This document shows, in pieces, positions 1-15,163 of a stretch of DNA of 64,000 nucleotides. Under the pieces are notes generated by a model. The model was not told where the DNA came from. It did not search any database and saw only the letters and a list, made by a program, of their open reading frames with translations. The first letter of the stretch is position 1. Every line of letters starts with the position of its first letter. This DNA is from the human T2T-CHM13v2.0 reference genome, Homo sapiens. The position numbers were made by a program, and so were the translations under genes. The DNA is taken from assembly GCA_009914755.4 (NCBI GenBank), contig CP086569.2:16448001-16512000 (forward strand), written 5' to 3'.

Positions 1-340
1 TTCTCACTGGTTTTTCTGTTGGCTGAAACAAACAAGCTCCAAGCTGCCTGTTGGGCTGTGTCTGCTACAAATGCATTTATTCTGGGGCTCAGGCAGAAAG
101 GGAGGTAGCACATACTAGAGAAAGTGCTTCTTGTAGTAATGACAAAAGTACAACGGGCCAGGCTAAACATGCAAGTATAATGTTTCTGCTTCTCTTACAT
201 CTGATAGCATCCCATTAGCTAAGCCAAATCACATGGTCAAGCCCCAAATCAACGCTGAACAAGTATACTGTGGTTTCTATAAAGCCAGTGCAAATTACAT
301 GGCCTCATTCAATACCAGTGGGTCAGAGAAAGGATTGCAT

Positions 341-644
341 TTTGTTGTTGTTGTTGTTGTTGTTGTTTTGAAACAGAGTCTTGCTCTGTCAGCTAGTCTG
401 GAGCACAGTGACATGATCTTGTCTCATTGCAACCTCTTCCTCCTGGGTTCAAGGGATTCTCCTGTCTCAGCCTCTGGAGTAGGTGGGATTACAGGCACAT
501 GCCACCACGCCCAGCTATTTTTTGTATTTTTAGTAGAGATGAGGTTTCACCATGTGAGCTAGGCTGGTCTCGAACTCCTGACATCTGGACTGCCTCAACC
601 TCCCAGAGTGCTGGGATTATAGACATGAGCCACCACTCCCAGCC
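341..644 (-). mobile_element. Alu (S/J-type). Its A-tail is visible as (TTG)n/(T)n on the + strand.
   Basis: Antisense Alu consensus: ...gagtcttgctctgtc...ctgggattatagacatgagccaccactcccagcc. Confidence 0.9.
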
Positions 645-1807
645 ATCTTTTTTTTAACTAAAATGTTCATTTTAATATTTCCATTTCAAATCTAACATTA
701 CAAGATTTTTTCTTATTTGTTTTTTAAGATTGGTTATTTATAATTGTGGCAAAATACACATAACATAACATTTACCATCTTAGCCTTTTTTTAAGTGGCA
801 TTAAGTATGTTCACACTGTTGTGCAGCCATCACCACTCTTTATCTCTAGAGTTATTTTCATCTTGCAAAACTGAAACTCAGTATCTATTAAACAATTATT
901 TCCAATTCCCCGGGATTGAGTACTTATTTTTTAAAAATAATAATCTACCACCCATTTTTAATCAGAACAAGGCTTATTTTTAAAGACATAATTGGCATAT
1001 AGCATGCATTTATACTTTCCAGCCCAACCTATGCCTAAGGTGTATTCTATCCAGGATAGAGACATATCTTCAGGACCCAAGGTAGAAGCACCACAGAAGT
1101 CTGTTTTACTCAGATAAAAAAGCCTATTGAGAAGCAATTCCTTCCAAGTTCAGGCTGAGAAGCAGTATGGGCCACAGCCAGGTAGCCTGATTAGAGAAAT
1201 CTATTGACATTCAGACACATGTCCATTGATCACTCAACAGGGAAGTCTACCTAATTCTCAGGTTCCAAGGGGGAAAAAAGTGAAGTGCGCTTTTACTGAA
1301 ATCCACAAGAAATATTAGGACTTAGGGCATCAACAGCATATAGCTGGAAGCTTCAGGAACAACCAGTGCAGGAGCCAGCCATCTGGCAGCAGTAGGGGCT
1401 TTAGCAGTATTAAACCCCAAAGTCCATGAGACAGAGCTCCGTATCCTCATCATCAGCCACCAGTGGTGGGACTCAGTCTGGGTGGGCAGTGGTTGTGAGG
1501 TTTTTAGACAGGACCTGTTTCTATCAGCAGGAACAGGAGGCATCAGTACAGAGCCCTGGGAAATGACAGGCATTATTCAGTAGCTAAGGGAACTGCTTGA
1601 GTAATTAGAAAAGCACTGAAGTCTCCACCATGTGGAATGCTGAAAAGCCCATTAGAAATACTGGGTTCCAGGGACAATCTGAGAGAGAAGAGCCATAAGG
1701 AGTCCTGGGTGCTAGTCTAGAAACCACAGCTTGCTGTGAGTATGACTACGGCAGTTCACTGAATCTCTCTGGGTCTTTGTTTTCCCTTCTGAAAGTAAGA
1801 GAATTGA

Positions 1808-2265
<458 letters not shown>

Positions 2266-3564
2266 TGAAAATAAAAGAATTGGGATGCGGGATTTGCAAG
2301 GCATTTTTTAACTGAAATTATACTATCTGCATATTGCGGTACACTCTGAAGCCAGTGTTTAAGTTCATTCCAGCTTCTCACTGTGCAAGTCCACAGTCTT
2401 AAACCATGCTTTTAAAAAAAGAGGTTATTTCTCATTTTTTTTCAAAGCGTAAATATTAGCCTAACCATTAAGATGGACAAAGTCTTTGACATGAAGACAT
2501 TGTGTGTCTGGATTATTTCATTCAGTCTTACATGAGGAATTCAGTAAGAAGTTACTTTGCACCAGCTTTGTCTGTATTTAGCATTTAAGCACATTAAACT
2601 AAATTGGGGGCCTTTAGACTCAATGGCAAAAATAGTTTCACATAATAATAGCAGAGTGCTTTTTACATTCATAATCTCTGTTTGAACATGTTAAATTCAA
2701 GATACCAGGTAGATGTCCGTATGGAGAACCTAATTCATTGTTTGGACATTCAGTCTCTCTGGATGAAAAACTGTGGTGTTTCTTAGCATTCATCTGGTAT
2801 TTAATCTCACCAAGACAGCATGTGTATTTCATAAAGGTAAGGAGGAGATCACAAAAGCAGAAAGTGTCTTGAGGATTACAATATTTAGGAAAAGCACAAA
2901 GTGTCTTGAGACTTATGAACTGGACAATGGACAATGGACACTAAGAAGTGGCACCAGGTCAGGAAATACGTATAGTCATTGTTTGATTGTTTCTTTGAGT
3001 ACTTGCACCAAGTTAGCCTACACATTTGTTTAAATTATCAAACTAATGGTCATATAACTGGAGGAAACTCTGTGTGTCTGTCTTCTCTTTAAAAATTGGA
3101 AGCTACTACAAGATAACATTTTTCAGGATGGGTGCAAGCTCTGGGTTGGCAAAGTCCCCTCCCCATATCAATTGCTAAACCCAGGCCATTTCCCATCTCC
3201 CATCCAGCCTTTGTAATTATGTGGGGTTGTGATCCTGATTCTGAGGTCCATGAATGAGGAAGAACCAGCAAATAGAGACTCTGCAGAAGGAGGGACACAA
3301 TAGGAACCTCAGGGAGCGTGTTCAAAGAGGAGTGCATACCTGAGCGAGGGAACAGCTCACTCTGACAGGTGTTGCTGGAAAGCCAGGGAAGAGATTCTGC
3401 CATACTGTGTGCACTGGCCTTGATGCCAAGTGTCCTCAGTGACTCTGGGGGTGCTGTCCACATGCACTAAGTCTGGTGTGAGTGCAAGAGCAGATGCAGA
3501 GTAAGGTCAAGCTCACATGCCACTTTACATGCTGAAGGGCGATCAGTGCTCCACATATGCAGCA

Positions 3565-3695
3565 ATGAGGGTCCAGTGTCAGGAGAGAACAAATAGGTAC
3601 ACTAAAAGCCCAGACTCCACCAGTACACATGCATGTAAGATATCTGTACTATGCCCCCTAAATCTGCACACATTTAAAAAATTAAAAGTAAGTAA
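3565..3695 (+). mobile_element. Old L1 (L1M-type) 3'-end fragment.
   Basis: ggtacactaaaagcccagactccaccagtacacatgcatgtaag...ccccctaaatctgcaca matches the L1M 3' terminus. Confidence 0.6.
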
Positions 3696-3699
3696 AATT

Positions 3700-4150
3700 A
3701 AGCTGAGCACAGTGGCTCATACCTATAATTCTTGTCCTTTGAGAGGCCAAGGCAGGAGGATCACTTGAGCCCAGGAGTTTGAGACCAGCTTGGGTGACAT
3801 AGCAAGACCCTATCTCCTCAATAATAATTGAAAATAAATTAGCCAAGCCCAGTGTTGCTCACCATCATACCGGATACTCAGGAGGATGATGTGGGAGGAG
3901 CACTTGAGCCCAAAAGCTCGAGACCAGCTTGGGCAACATAGTAAGGTCCTTCACTCTGAAACATAATAAAAAAAAAATTACCCAGGCATGGCAGTGTGCA
4001 ACTGTAATTCTAGCTTGCTCAGGAGGCTAAAGTGGGAGAATCACTTGAGCCCACGAGTTGGAGGCTGCAGTGAGTTATAATCACATGATTGCACTCCATC
4101 CTGGGCAACAGAGCCAGAACCCTGTCTCAATTATTTTTTAAAAGAAAATA
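3700..4150 (+). mobile_element. Alu cluster of about 1.5 units (FLAM-like monomer plus a rearranged full Alu).
   Basis: gctgagcacagtggctcatacctataat...; then attagccaagcc...cttgagcccaaaagctcgagaccagcttgggcaacatag; then right arm ...ctgcagtgagttat...cctgggcaacagagccagaaccctgtctcaa. Confidence 0.8.
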
Positions 4151-4389
4151 AATAAAAATAAAATTACTTAATAAAATGAAAAAAATGTTCAATTTCTTTC
4201 ACTTTACAGTTAAGAAAACTAAGATTCAGAGAGCTGATATGATTAACAGCTACCCACCCCACCACCACCTAAACTGAATGTCATGAAATTTTTTCCTGGG
4301 CTAGTGAGAAAAATAAAGAATATATGTATATTTTTTCCCCCTGGGAAGGTGAGAAACAGAAAGAGAAAGTAATGAGTTCTGTCTCCTGA

Positions 4390-4755
<366 letters not shown>

Positions 4756-5371
4756 TGAGAGCAAGAACCTGGCTCAGGACTCTGAACCAGGAGGTGGGAG
4801 AGATACTGCCTACCACAGCTTATGGGGAGAAGACTAGAAAGACATTGATATTGAGTAAGATCTAGGGCTACCACACCACACACCTACCTACCACCTTCAA
4901 AGAAACCAAGCCAGGCCTTTCTCTGGCTGGGAAACATGTTGAGTAACCTACTCATATTTGCTCAACATAAACTCTGGTTCTGAATAGAGAACCTGTTGCA
5001 GGTGGGTCAGCAAAACCGCAGGAATCAGAAGAGAGGCAAACCACAAAATGAAGTAGAAAGCCAGCAACCCCCTCAACAAGAGGGACTCTGACTCAAGGGG
5101 AGACAGGCTATGGAACACACACATAGACCTCCACACAAAAGAGGCATTGTGTGTGTGTTCAAGCTGCCATTCTCCCTGAAGCTTCCTCCACCTGTTATTC
5201 TTGGAAGGAATGAAATGCAGTGAGGTGAGAGAGTGTTGAGATGGCAGACATGGACAATGGATGAATTCTCTTCCCTCTGTATATTTTCCAGCACAAAGAG
5301 CTGCCCCAGGCTGGTGACCTTGTGCACTTTGAGTTTTGAAAGGTTTCCATGTTTCCCTTAAAAAGCTACTA

Positions 5372-5567
5372 AGCCAGGACAGGCATCACAACTTAGTCCT
5401 TTGAGAGGCTGAGACATAAGGATCTTTTGAGCCCAGGAGTTCAAGACCAGTTTGGGTAATATAGCAAGACCTCATCTCCACAAAAAATACAAAGAGTAGC
5501 TGGGCATGGTGGCACATGCCTATAGTCCCAGGTACTTGGGAGGCTGATGCAGGAGGATTGCTTGAGC
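5372..5567 (+). mobile_element. Alu, 3'-truncated, about 160 bp upstream of the first pseudo-exon.
   Basis: aagccaggacaggcatcacaac...gagcccaggagttcaagaccagtttgggtaatatagcaagacc...gctgggcatggtggcacatgcctatagtccc. Confidence 0.8.
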
Positions 5568-5721
5568 AAAGACAAGTGTCTTTCTTGCACATATTGTGTG
5601 ACAAAGGCAAGTTTTAAGAATGGCCGCTCCAGTCACTTTGTGCAAGGAGGGATAGGGGTCCAAGAGGTGGAGGGTCACAGCCAACCACAAGCCAGCATTG
5701 TTCATTTCCTTTTTGTGTCCT

Positions 5722-5941
<220 letters not shown>

Positions 5942-7781
5942 TAGCCAAATGTGTCTCACTTTCAACCTGAACCTTTGCATAACATTGCTTTTTACTTTTT
6001 TAAAATTAGATTGACCTATGATGTTGCTTAAATTTTAAAAAGCATATGCAAAGATAAGATCTCAGTTTTAAGAGAGCACTTTTAATTAATTATCTATGTG
6101 TGTTTTCTGCCTCACCTTTTGCCTGCATTTTTAAAACTTTTACAGATTACTTTTTACATCTGTGATATAGATCTTTTTAATTTAGTTTTTCTTACCAGTG
6201 TCACAATTTTATTCAGTTTTTTATTTTATCTTTTTTTAACTTTATGTATTCCTAAGGTGTATTGAGATAATAGATAACTGTTCCTACCAAGATGTCTTAA
6301 TTAAAAAGTTAGAGCCAAGTCTTTAAAGTTAACTCTTTACCAATTATCAAAAGAAAAAATGTCTAAAAGTCCCATGGAAGAATTGATAGCAATATCAACC
6401 CTAGATCTGTCTTGGGCTCTATGTTAGAGTCCCGTTTTTTCTGAGTTACATTTCTCATATTATAGTTTGTAATATCACACCCCAAAATAGTCATTTTTTT
6501 CCATGGGCCAGTATAGACACTAGGAGGTTTAATTCAAATGCAAAAACCCTCTCCATCTTCTAAGCAGCTCACTCTTTAAGAAAACAGCAAAGTAGAAATA
6601 CTGATAATTAAACACATTCACTAAATTAATAAATGGCCACTAGTTTGACATTACAGATCCAAAGGAAGTATTTCCCCCTTCAAGCTATGCATCACTGCAG
6701 CACTACTCTGGGAGAGTATTGCTCTAGGGAAGACATAGGACCAATGAACAAGATGTATACTCCCACCCCACAGGTGGCCATCTTGGAGGGGAGCCTAGTT
6801 AGCCATATCATTGCTTCACAGTGAGGAAGCTGGTGGGTTGGTGGAGTATGGACTACTCTCCTAAATACAGGTCATTTCCTTGCATAAACAAGGAAGAGCA
6901 CTGGAGGCCCCTGAGAATTTCATCTGTACCTGGAACTGAAGGATGGCAGATGACTAGCCAGGTAGGGAGAAAGGGATTCCAGGATTCCCAGTGGAGGACT
7001 TGGGATATATCTTGTGGGGTATAGCTTAGTATGGTCCAAAAACTAAAACATATTAATTCCTAAATGACTTCCAAACGATGATCAGCCTATCCATTCATGG
7101 AGAAAAGGCACCAGGGTGGCTTATCTTGCATAAGGTATCACTTTACAAGTGAGCTCATAACAAGTATTTATAAAGTGTATTAAAAAATAAGCCAACAAAG
7201 GGTATGTGGGGATCACAACATCTAATTTCTTCACTATAATGTTTGTGCGTTTTCCCTGGAGCATATTAACCCACTTATTGATGCTCACTGTTGAGGCAAA
7301 TGGAATCTGAGTATTTCCTGTCCCTGGGGGCATGAGGAAATTAGGCAGGGGCTTATTAAAGCTGGTTTTTGTTATTCCCTTTGGCTGTGTTGGGAAGAGG
7401 GGAGTCAGATTGACCCTGCAGATTTCTCTTTTTGGGAAACAGAGAAACTTGGAAGATGTGAGTGGGAGTACCTTCCCTCCTTGTAGTATACCATTTCTAA
7501 GACTTGGTTTCTCTCTTCAAACTCGGGGCTAGTGGGACCAGGAGCTCACAGCCCTCTATAGCATGAATGGACCTTCTGGGGATGTCCTACCTTCACCATT
7601 CACATATCTCCATGGTTTTGTTGTAGTTTGAGTCTTGGTTCTGTATCATTTCTTTCCTGCTTCCTCTGCATCTCATTTTTTCTCTCTCCCTCTCATAACC
7701 CCAGACTCACCCTTGCTCATTGAAAAGTTTCTTACTATAAAGAGCCACAGCACAGCTTCATTTTGAAAATTATCACAAGGC

Positions 7782-8248
<467 letters not shown>

Positions 8249-8347
8249 GTAACCTAACTGCATTGCAGGGGCTGTGGTCTCCTTTGGGACAGCTTCTCAC
8301 CTCCAGGTATCTCCTGGTTCCTAAGGGTTTATTTTTTCCTGGTTCAG

Positions 8348-8457
8348 GAATGGCATCTTGGTCCTGCACTGGAGGTTTCCTCCTCACAGCCTCTTCGGGA
8401 GGACTTCCCACCAATGAGATTACCTGAAGGTTGAAGGCTATTCAACAGTGCTAATAG
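8348..8457 (+). pseudogene. Pseudo-exon ([33 protein letters not shown]... homologue).
   Basis: Acceptor ttcag|G and donor ATAG|gtatgg. It translates [27 protein letters not shown]. About 10 bp corresponding to the STS F-A-K-L codons are deleted, giving a frameshift and a TGA. Confidence 0.8.
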
Positions 8458-8639
8458 GTATGGGCATCTGAGGAACAGCAGGGAGGACTTGGACAAAGTT
8501 CGTAGAAGAGTGGGAGAGAGCATCATGACAATTATCTTAGGGATAACATCAGTGGTATACTTTGAACAATTTTAATTGGGAACAAAATTATTTCAATTCT
8601 AGGTTAAAACCACAATGAGCCTACCTGGACTACTTGAAT

Positions 8640-8645
8640 GTATAG

Positions 8646-8692
<47 letters not shown>

Positions 8693-8803
8693 GTCTGGTG
8701 TGTGTGTGTAGAGATAAATAGATACTTAGATAATTCCTTATGATAGATGGATAAATGGATGAATGGATGGTTGGAAGAAAGCATTGATGAATGGATGGAT
8801 AGG

Positions 8804-8854
<51 letters not shown>

Positions 8855-9250
8855 AGATGATATAGATGTGATGGATGGATGGATGGATGGATGGATGGAT
8901 GGATGGATGGAATAGATGATAGCTAACTAGGTAGCTAATTACCTAGCTACCTAGATAGATAATAAAGAGACACATAGAGAAACAGATAGAAATATAGAGA
9001 GATACATATATACATCGATATATAGACAGATGCAGAAAGAGACAAAGATGAGATAGATGGATGGATAAATTGATAAAATAGATGATAGATAGATAGCTAG
9101 ATAGATAGATATTATCAATAAATAAATGCAACGAGAGAGGCAAAGATGACAGATGGGATGGATGGATGGATGGATGGATGGATGAAATAGAGATAGATAG
9201 ATAAATAGATAGATGAAATAGATGATAGATGTAACAGATGAAAGATAGAC
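8640..9250. repeat. Compound microsatellite cluster: (TG)~21 at 8647-8689, (GATA)~13 at 8804-8854, (GGAT)~11 at 8870-8911 and imperfect GATA/GGAT blocks out to 9250.
   Basis: Direct reading: gtgtgtgtgtg..., gatagatagatagata..., ggatggatggatggatgg..., a second (GGAT)7 run at 9157-9184. Confidence 0.95.
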
Positions 9251-9739
9251 ATATAGATGGAACACACAAAACTATATATACACATCATGCTATTGATAAA
9301 AATTTTCATTTTACTTTCCAGTACTAAAATTATGTCAGAATTTGTCATGGTTGACACACTCACTGATTTTATACTGTAGATAGGATTGACACCTTCCTGA
9401 CTGCATGAAGAACTTGAGTCTAAGCAAGTCGTAAGATGAATCCTAGCGAACCTCAGAGGAGCAAAATGACTCATCTCTTTCTTCCAACATCTTGTTAAAA
9501 AAAATCATTTTTTGAGGCACTCATTAATTTAGTGATCTAATTAACATTTTATAGGACATTTTCAGAGGTGCTTTAAATAATTGCTGAGTTACTGAGAGTG
9601 ATTTCTTCATGTCTCAGGGGTATGTTCTGAAGTAAGTATTCATTTCCACTTTTAACATTCATGGAACAAAATTAAGTTGCTTCTAAAACTTTAATTTTAA
9701 GGGCCTGTCTCAGAAAAGCATCTGGGCAAGAAAAAGACA

Positions 9740-9762
9740 AAAAAAAAAAAAAAAAAAAAAAA
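9740..9762. repeat. Poly(A) run (A23), possibly the tail of a degraded SINE.
   Basis: aaaaagacaaaaaaaaaaaaaaaaaaaaaaaaccc. Confidence 0.7.
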
Positions 9763-10094
9763 CCCTTGTAATTTTCTGTGGAGTGTTTCCTGCCCATTAA
9801 AAATGTTAGGTATTTTCTTTTGGGATTTTGATCCGGTTGGGCTTTTTTGTTTTTTTTTGTTTTGTTTTGTTTTGTTGGAATCACTAAATTACTTCCTATT
9901 TTCTGGTAGACTGAGTAGGTAATACCTTAGCATTTGTGGAAAAAGAAGTGAAAAACTCTAAGGTCCTATGAGCAGGAAGGTTAGCTTCATAAAGTAGTCA
10001 GAAAGAGCCTCCTTTTCAGTATGTGGGAAAAGAAGCTTGGATTGGAATCAGGGTATTTATTGGGACTGAAGTGATCCCCCATTTGTCTTCTCAG

Positions 10095-10512
10095 AGAAAT
10101 GGCACATTGGGATAAGCTGTCACAGCAAGACTGACTTCTTGCTTTTCATCATAGCTTTGATTATTTCTATGGGATGACCTCCTTAACCCATCTGAGAGAC
10201 AGCAAGGCAAGGGAGGGCAGTGTCTTCACCATGGGCTTCAAGAGACCGGTCTTCATCCCCCTGCAGATCATCAGAGTGGCCCTCCTTACCCTCACTGCAC
10301 TCAATTGTCTGGGGCTGCTCCACCTGCCGCTGGCCACTTTTTTTGGCCTTCTCTTCCTAGCAGCTCTGATCCTGATCTTTTCCTGGGCTTCTGTGATTAC
10401 TTCCAGTCCCTGAACTTCTTCATCATGAGGAACTACCAGATCATTCAGCAGCCCATGTCCTATGGCAATCTCACTCAGAGGCTAATGGTGGAGGCAGCCC
10501 AGTTCATATAGT
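10095..10512 (+). pseudogene. Large pseudo-exon (STS KWHLG...transmembrane-hairpin...AAQFIQ homologue).
   Basis: Acceptor tctcag|A at 10094. It translates [14 protein letters not shown], then frameshifts, then [68 protein letters not shown] second frameshift follows, then [43 protein letters not shown]. There is a TAG at 10509-10511. Confidence 0.85.
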
Positions 10513-11248
10513 GGTGGGTATTGCCTTGACTTCTGATACTGCCTGTAAAAAAAAATCATTCTGGGTTATTTTTTTGTGGAGCTGGAAGAACCAGCAGCGT
10601 TATTGTGCTAGCCACATTTTCCCTTCCATACCTAACATATTTCTTCATCCAGAGATCTCCATAGCACATGTTTAACAGCTTCAGAAAGGTATTGCAATGC
10701 AGTGTGCTCTCCTTAGGGTCTCTTTGCCAACATTCCCCACATCCTGGGCCAGAAAGTCCATGCCAAAATAATGTCTGCTGATGACAAAGGAGGTGTCAGA
10801 TAACCCGCTGGCCTTTACTCTTCAAATGTGGCCATCAAGAGAGGCAAGGTAATGGTTTATGTTTAGCTGAGAGATTGTCCTTGTGACATAAATAATGTGG
10901 AAAGATCCAAAATATTTTGGGCCAATCTCTGGGCAAACAAAACAAAACAAAGACCTCTGTAAGTAAATTGGGTGAAGTGAATGACATCTTTTGGGTCTCT
11001 TGAGTCCCACTGAGTTTATAGTTTTGGGGATTGCAATCTGTAAATGGAATAACTGTCAACAGAGGAGCAGAGAATATTCCTGAGTTATACAGGTATAAGT
11101 ATAATATATACGTATATTATAATACATAATATAGAGAGCATGAAAATACATAGTTAGATATGTAAAGGCTAATCAAGAATATTTGCTATTCAAAACACAC
11201 AAATTAAAGTATTTTTTCAACTTGTAACTGTAGAGGACAGGACATTGA

Positions 11249-11589
<341 letters not shown>

Positions 11590-13364
11590 AGAACTTTGGT
11601 CTTTATGGTGACTTAAATCCTAGGGAAGATTTAAAAGATAGTTTTGGGGGTGATTAAAAAATTATAAAGGAGGCAAAGGAAATGTAAGTAATATTGGTTT
11701 ATCATCCAAATAATTGCATGACACAAAATTCTAAAATCAATATCTGGATTGAACAATTATTGACAATAAAAGGGAAGTTACTGTGATGAAAGGAAAGTAT
11801 ATTAGAGATTTAATTTAAAAATAAGCAAATGTGCTTAGCCTAAGAAGAAATATGTAGTTAAGGTATGTGGAAGCTACATAAGGTAGGACTGGTGAGAACG
11901 GTAAAAGGTAACATACTCTGTGAAAATTATTTTGTCGTTTCCTCACATGGAAGATGTTGTGTTCCTCTGTCCAGATCTTGTGTGCATGGAGTTGATGCTT
12001 TACTGGAGGTTGGGAATGGCAGTGGTTCTCCTCACTCTCTTCTTCCAGTTATGAAACAGCATAGAAGCAACCCATTCACCTGGAGGTACAACAGTGTCCT
12101 GCTACCCACAACATCATGGATTATGCAATAGATAAATCATAGGGTATATTTTTGTATATCTGTTATCACAAAAGTGTTTCGTCAACTCTGACAGAAACCC
12201 ACATATGGTTTGGGTGTCTGAACAGACTATGAAGTGACCTACACAAAAGTTGCCATTGATAGTGTCATTTCCTCCCTCTAAAAATCAGACAGAAGTAGAA
12301 TGATTAGTTCTTATAGTTCACACCACCTCTCAGTTTTAACAAATTTTATTAAAATCTAAATTGTTGTTTAACTGTGAATTATAAAAACTGGTCATTGGTC
12401 ATTGTAACTATTCTCAGTTTCAGCCTCTGGGACTTGACTCCAGAGAGTATTCTATGTACTAGCTGTCCAACTGCTAAGAGAGCACCTCACAGTTTTTTTC
12501 ATTTTGGTTAGCATCCCACTTCCTCTGCCATTTCTGTTTTTGTCAGTGAAGACTGACAAAATCTTGGAGGATTAACACTTGAAAGTTTGTTTCTTGCCCA
12601 TTCAAAATCTATTGCTGCTTGGGTGACGCTGTAGGGAAGCTTTGCTCCATGAGGAGACTCAGGGATCCAGGTTGCTAATATCTTGTGCTTCTGTCATCTT
12701 AGTAGGTGGCCTTCCCAATGGCATCCACAGGAGAAAAGAGTTGAAGGATCACTTGGCAGCTTTTCCTTACTTCACTGACCTAGGGGTCAGCTTGTAGAAC
12801 AGGCCCCATGTCTCCACACTGACTTGACGTGGGGCTAAGAGGCAGTCTCCCCATATGTTCAGGAAGAAGAAAGTGAAACAGCCTTACTGAACACATAGAA
12901 GTGATTTTCCTACTGCAGGCAGTGATTTTCAAATTTGTTTTAAAGCTGAGGAATATTTCAGATGAAATTTTATGAGAAGCTAAGTATGTCAGAGGCATAA
13001 AAGTTGCAGTGCTTGGGTGAAACTGGAACAGAGGACTGCATTTGGAAACTACTGACATTTAGTAAAGCCCCATGAAACCTCATGAACAGCTGGAGAGAAA
13101 GGGCAGACTCTGAAACAAAAGAATAAAAGAACATCTGAGCAAACATCTAGTTAGTGCAGACTCTAGGCAAATTAATATTTAACAGACATTCATAAGTACA
13201 AAATGTAGGCACATGAAGAGAAAAATCAATATGAGCCTTGGAATTTTAAAAAATGGTTATTTGATATTACAGCTATATGAGTGGAGGTTGAAGGAATTTG
13301 CCCGAGTTTATAGATAAATGTAAACTAAAGGGGCTAATTTATTATAAAATTTGGATTGTAGACA

Positions 13365-13790
13365 TGACCACATAATGACATTTTGGTCAACAGTGGACCA
13401 CATATATGACAGAGGTCCTATGAGATTATAATGGAGCTGCCTTATAAAGCTGGATGTTTGTATCTTTTATACTGTAATTTTTCCTGTTCCTTTTCTTTGT
13501 GTACATATGACTAGATACACAAATACTTGCCATTGCTTTGCAGTTGCCTGAAGTACTCAGTACAGTCACATGCTGTGCAGGTTTGTAGCCTAGGAGTAAT
13601 AGGCTTTACCATATAGCCTCGGTAGATAGTAGGCTGCACCATCTAGGTTTGTGTAAGTGCACTCTATGATGATTGCACAATGATGAATTTGCTTAATGAT
13701 GCATTTGTCAGAACTATATGAGAACTATGTCTCTGCCACTATATGATGCATGTCTGTACTTGAAGTGTTGATGTAAAGTATACTCTTCAT
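13365..13790. mobile_element. Non-autonomous DNA-transposon-like interspersed repeat (resembles a TcMar-Tigger/MER-class MITE).
   Basis: ...cataatgacattttggtcaacagtggaccacatatatgac...gtttgtagcctaggagtaataggctttaccatatagcctcggtagatagtaggctgcaccatctaggtttgtgtaagtgcactctatgatg... matches a common human MITE-like consensus from memory. The family name is uncertain. Confidence 0.4.
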
Positions 13791-13837
13791 TGGTATTGTA
13801 ATATTTTCATCAGAGAAAGAGTAAAGAAAAAATATTT

Positions 13838-13962
13838 TTTGGTGTTGTGTGTGTGTATGTTTGTGTATACATGTATGTGTAAAGTAAATATATATGTGTA
13901 TATATGTAAACTAAATACGTGTTTATATATATGTGTATGTATGTGTACTTTACACACATATG
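13838..13962. repeat. TG/TA-rich low-complexity tract.
   Basis: gtgtgtgtgtatgtttgtgtatacatgtatgtgt...atatatgtgtatgtatgtgtac. Confidence 0.8.
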
Positions 13963-15129
13963 TATTTAATTTACAAAGAGATAAATTATTGATCCTGATT
14001 TCCAAGGGAAGCTGTAGGAGATATGCATGTATAGCAGCAGCAAGTATTAATGTAAAGAATAAAAAATTTTCTACCCAGGGATGGATAATAGCCACTGAAA
14101 GTCCTTTAAGCAACTATTTATTGGTCTGTCAGAATCCAGGTAAGATGTGGGCTATTTGTCATGATTTTCACAGATTTGGGCTGACGGGCACATGCTGGAG
14201 GGGTTGTGAGTCGTTCTTGGGCAATATGCCTATAGTCTGGGTGCCTGTCCTGGGTAAACATTGGGGTCTGTGGGTAACCATAGCTCCATCATGTCATGCC
14301 CATGCTGACAGCCTGTCTTACCCAGGCACCAGAGACTGCAGAAACCTATCGGATTCTGCTCACAGTAAAATGGTATGGTGAAGGATGTTGTGCAATTCCT
14401 GAGAGAGGAAGGAAGACTTTAAGCTGTCAGTCACACTCCTGAACATTTATTTCAAGTATTATTTTCACAGAGATACTGCAGAGTTATCAGTGCCAGTGTT
14501 CAGCCCACACAGCTAGATGCAGGCATTGCAGGGGTGGCCACCTGCCTCCTGGACATGGTGCTTGATTCAGAACTATGCATTGTAGGTGGCCCTTTGCTAG
14601 CCTAGTGTGTGGTGGGTTATAATATAGGATCATTATGACTTCCTAAAGGTAAACAAAGAGGGGAAAAGGGAGATAGTCTAGGACTACATGGGTAGACAAG
14701 TGATACCTCAGACTTTGCATAAGGAAAATCCCAGAGGTGCTTATTACAGCTGAAGATGGCCAGGATGAACTCTAGGGACTGTCACAGAGTAGTCCTGAAA
14801 TGAGACTTTGCATCAGCATTTTAATAAGCTTCCCAAAACATTCTAAACTGGGTGTTTCATAGGACACTCTAAGAAACACTGGGTTTCATATACATGTATG
14901 AGCTTTGGCCACTATGCTGAAATATTGCAATTATTTGTCACCTAGATTTTTCTAGAACTTGATGCCAACATGTAAAAGCTTTGGAACTTAATAAGATACA
15001 TCATTCAGTTATATCATCATCTAATAAGATACACACAGATATGTGATTGAAACAAAAGCTTACAGAAATGATCTTTCTCTTACTAGGGTAATTACCCTAA
15101 TATTTTCTACCCCGGTTTATTCTGTTTTT

Positions 15130-15163
15130 TGTTTGTTTGTTTGTTTGTTTGTTTGTTTGTTTT
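15130..15163. repeat. (GTTT)n microsatellite, about 9 units.
   Basis: tttgtttgtttgtttgtttgtttgtttgtttgtttt. Confidence 0.95.

Noticed and set aside
8943-9474. Three overlapping 104-119 aa minus-strand ORFs rich in SIHPSIHLS... repeats.
   Set aside because: They lie entirely inside the GATA/GGAT microsatellite cluster. They are low-complexity translations of the repeat and carry no coding signal.
13839-14381. A 180-aa + strand ORF.
   Set aside because: It starts inside a TG/TA low-complexity tract (MVLCVCMFVYTCMC...). It has no recognisable domain and no splice context, and it sits in an AT-rich intronic region. It is a chance ORF.
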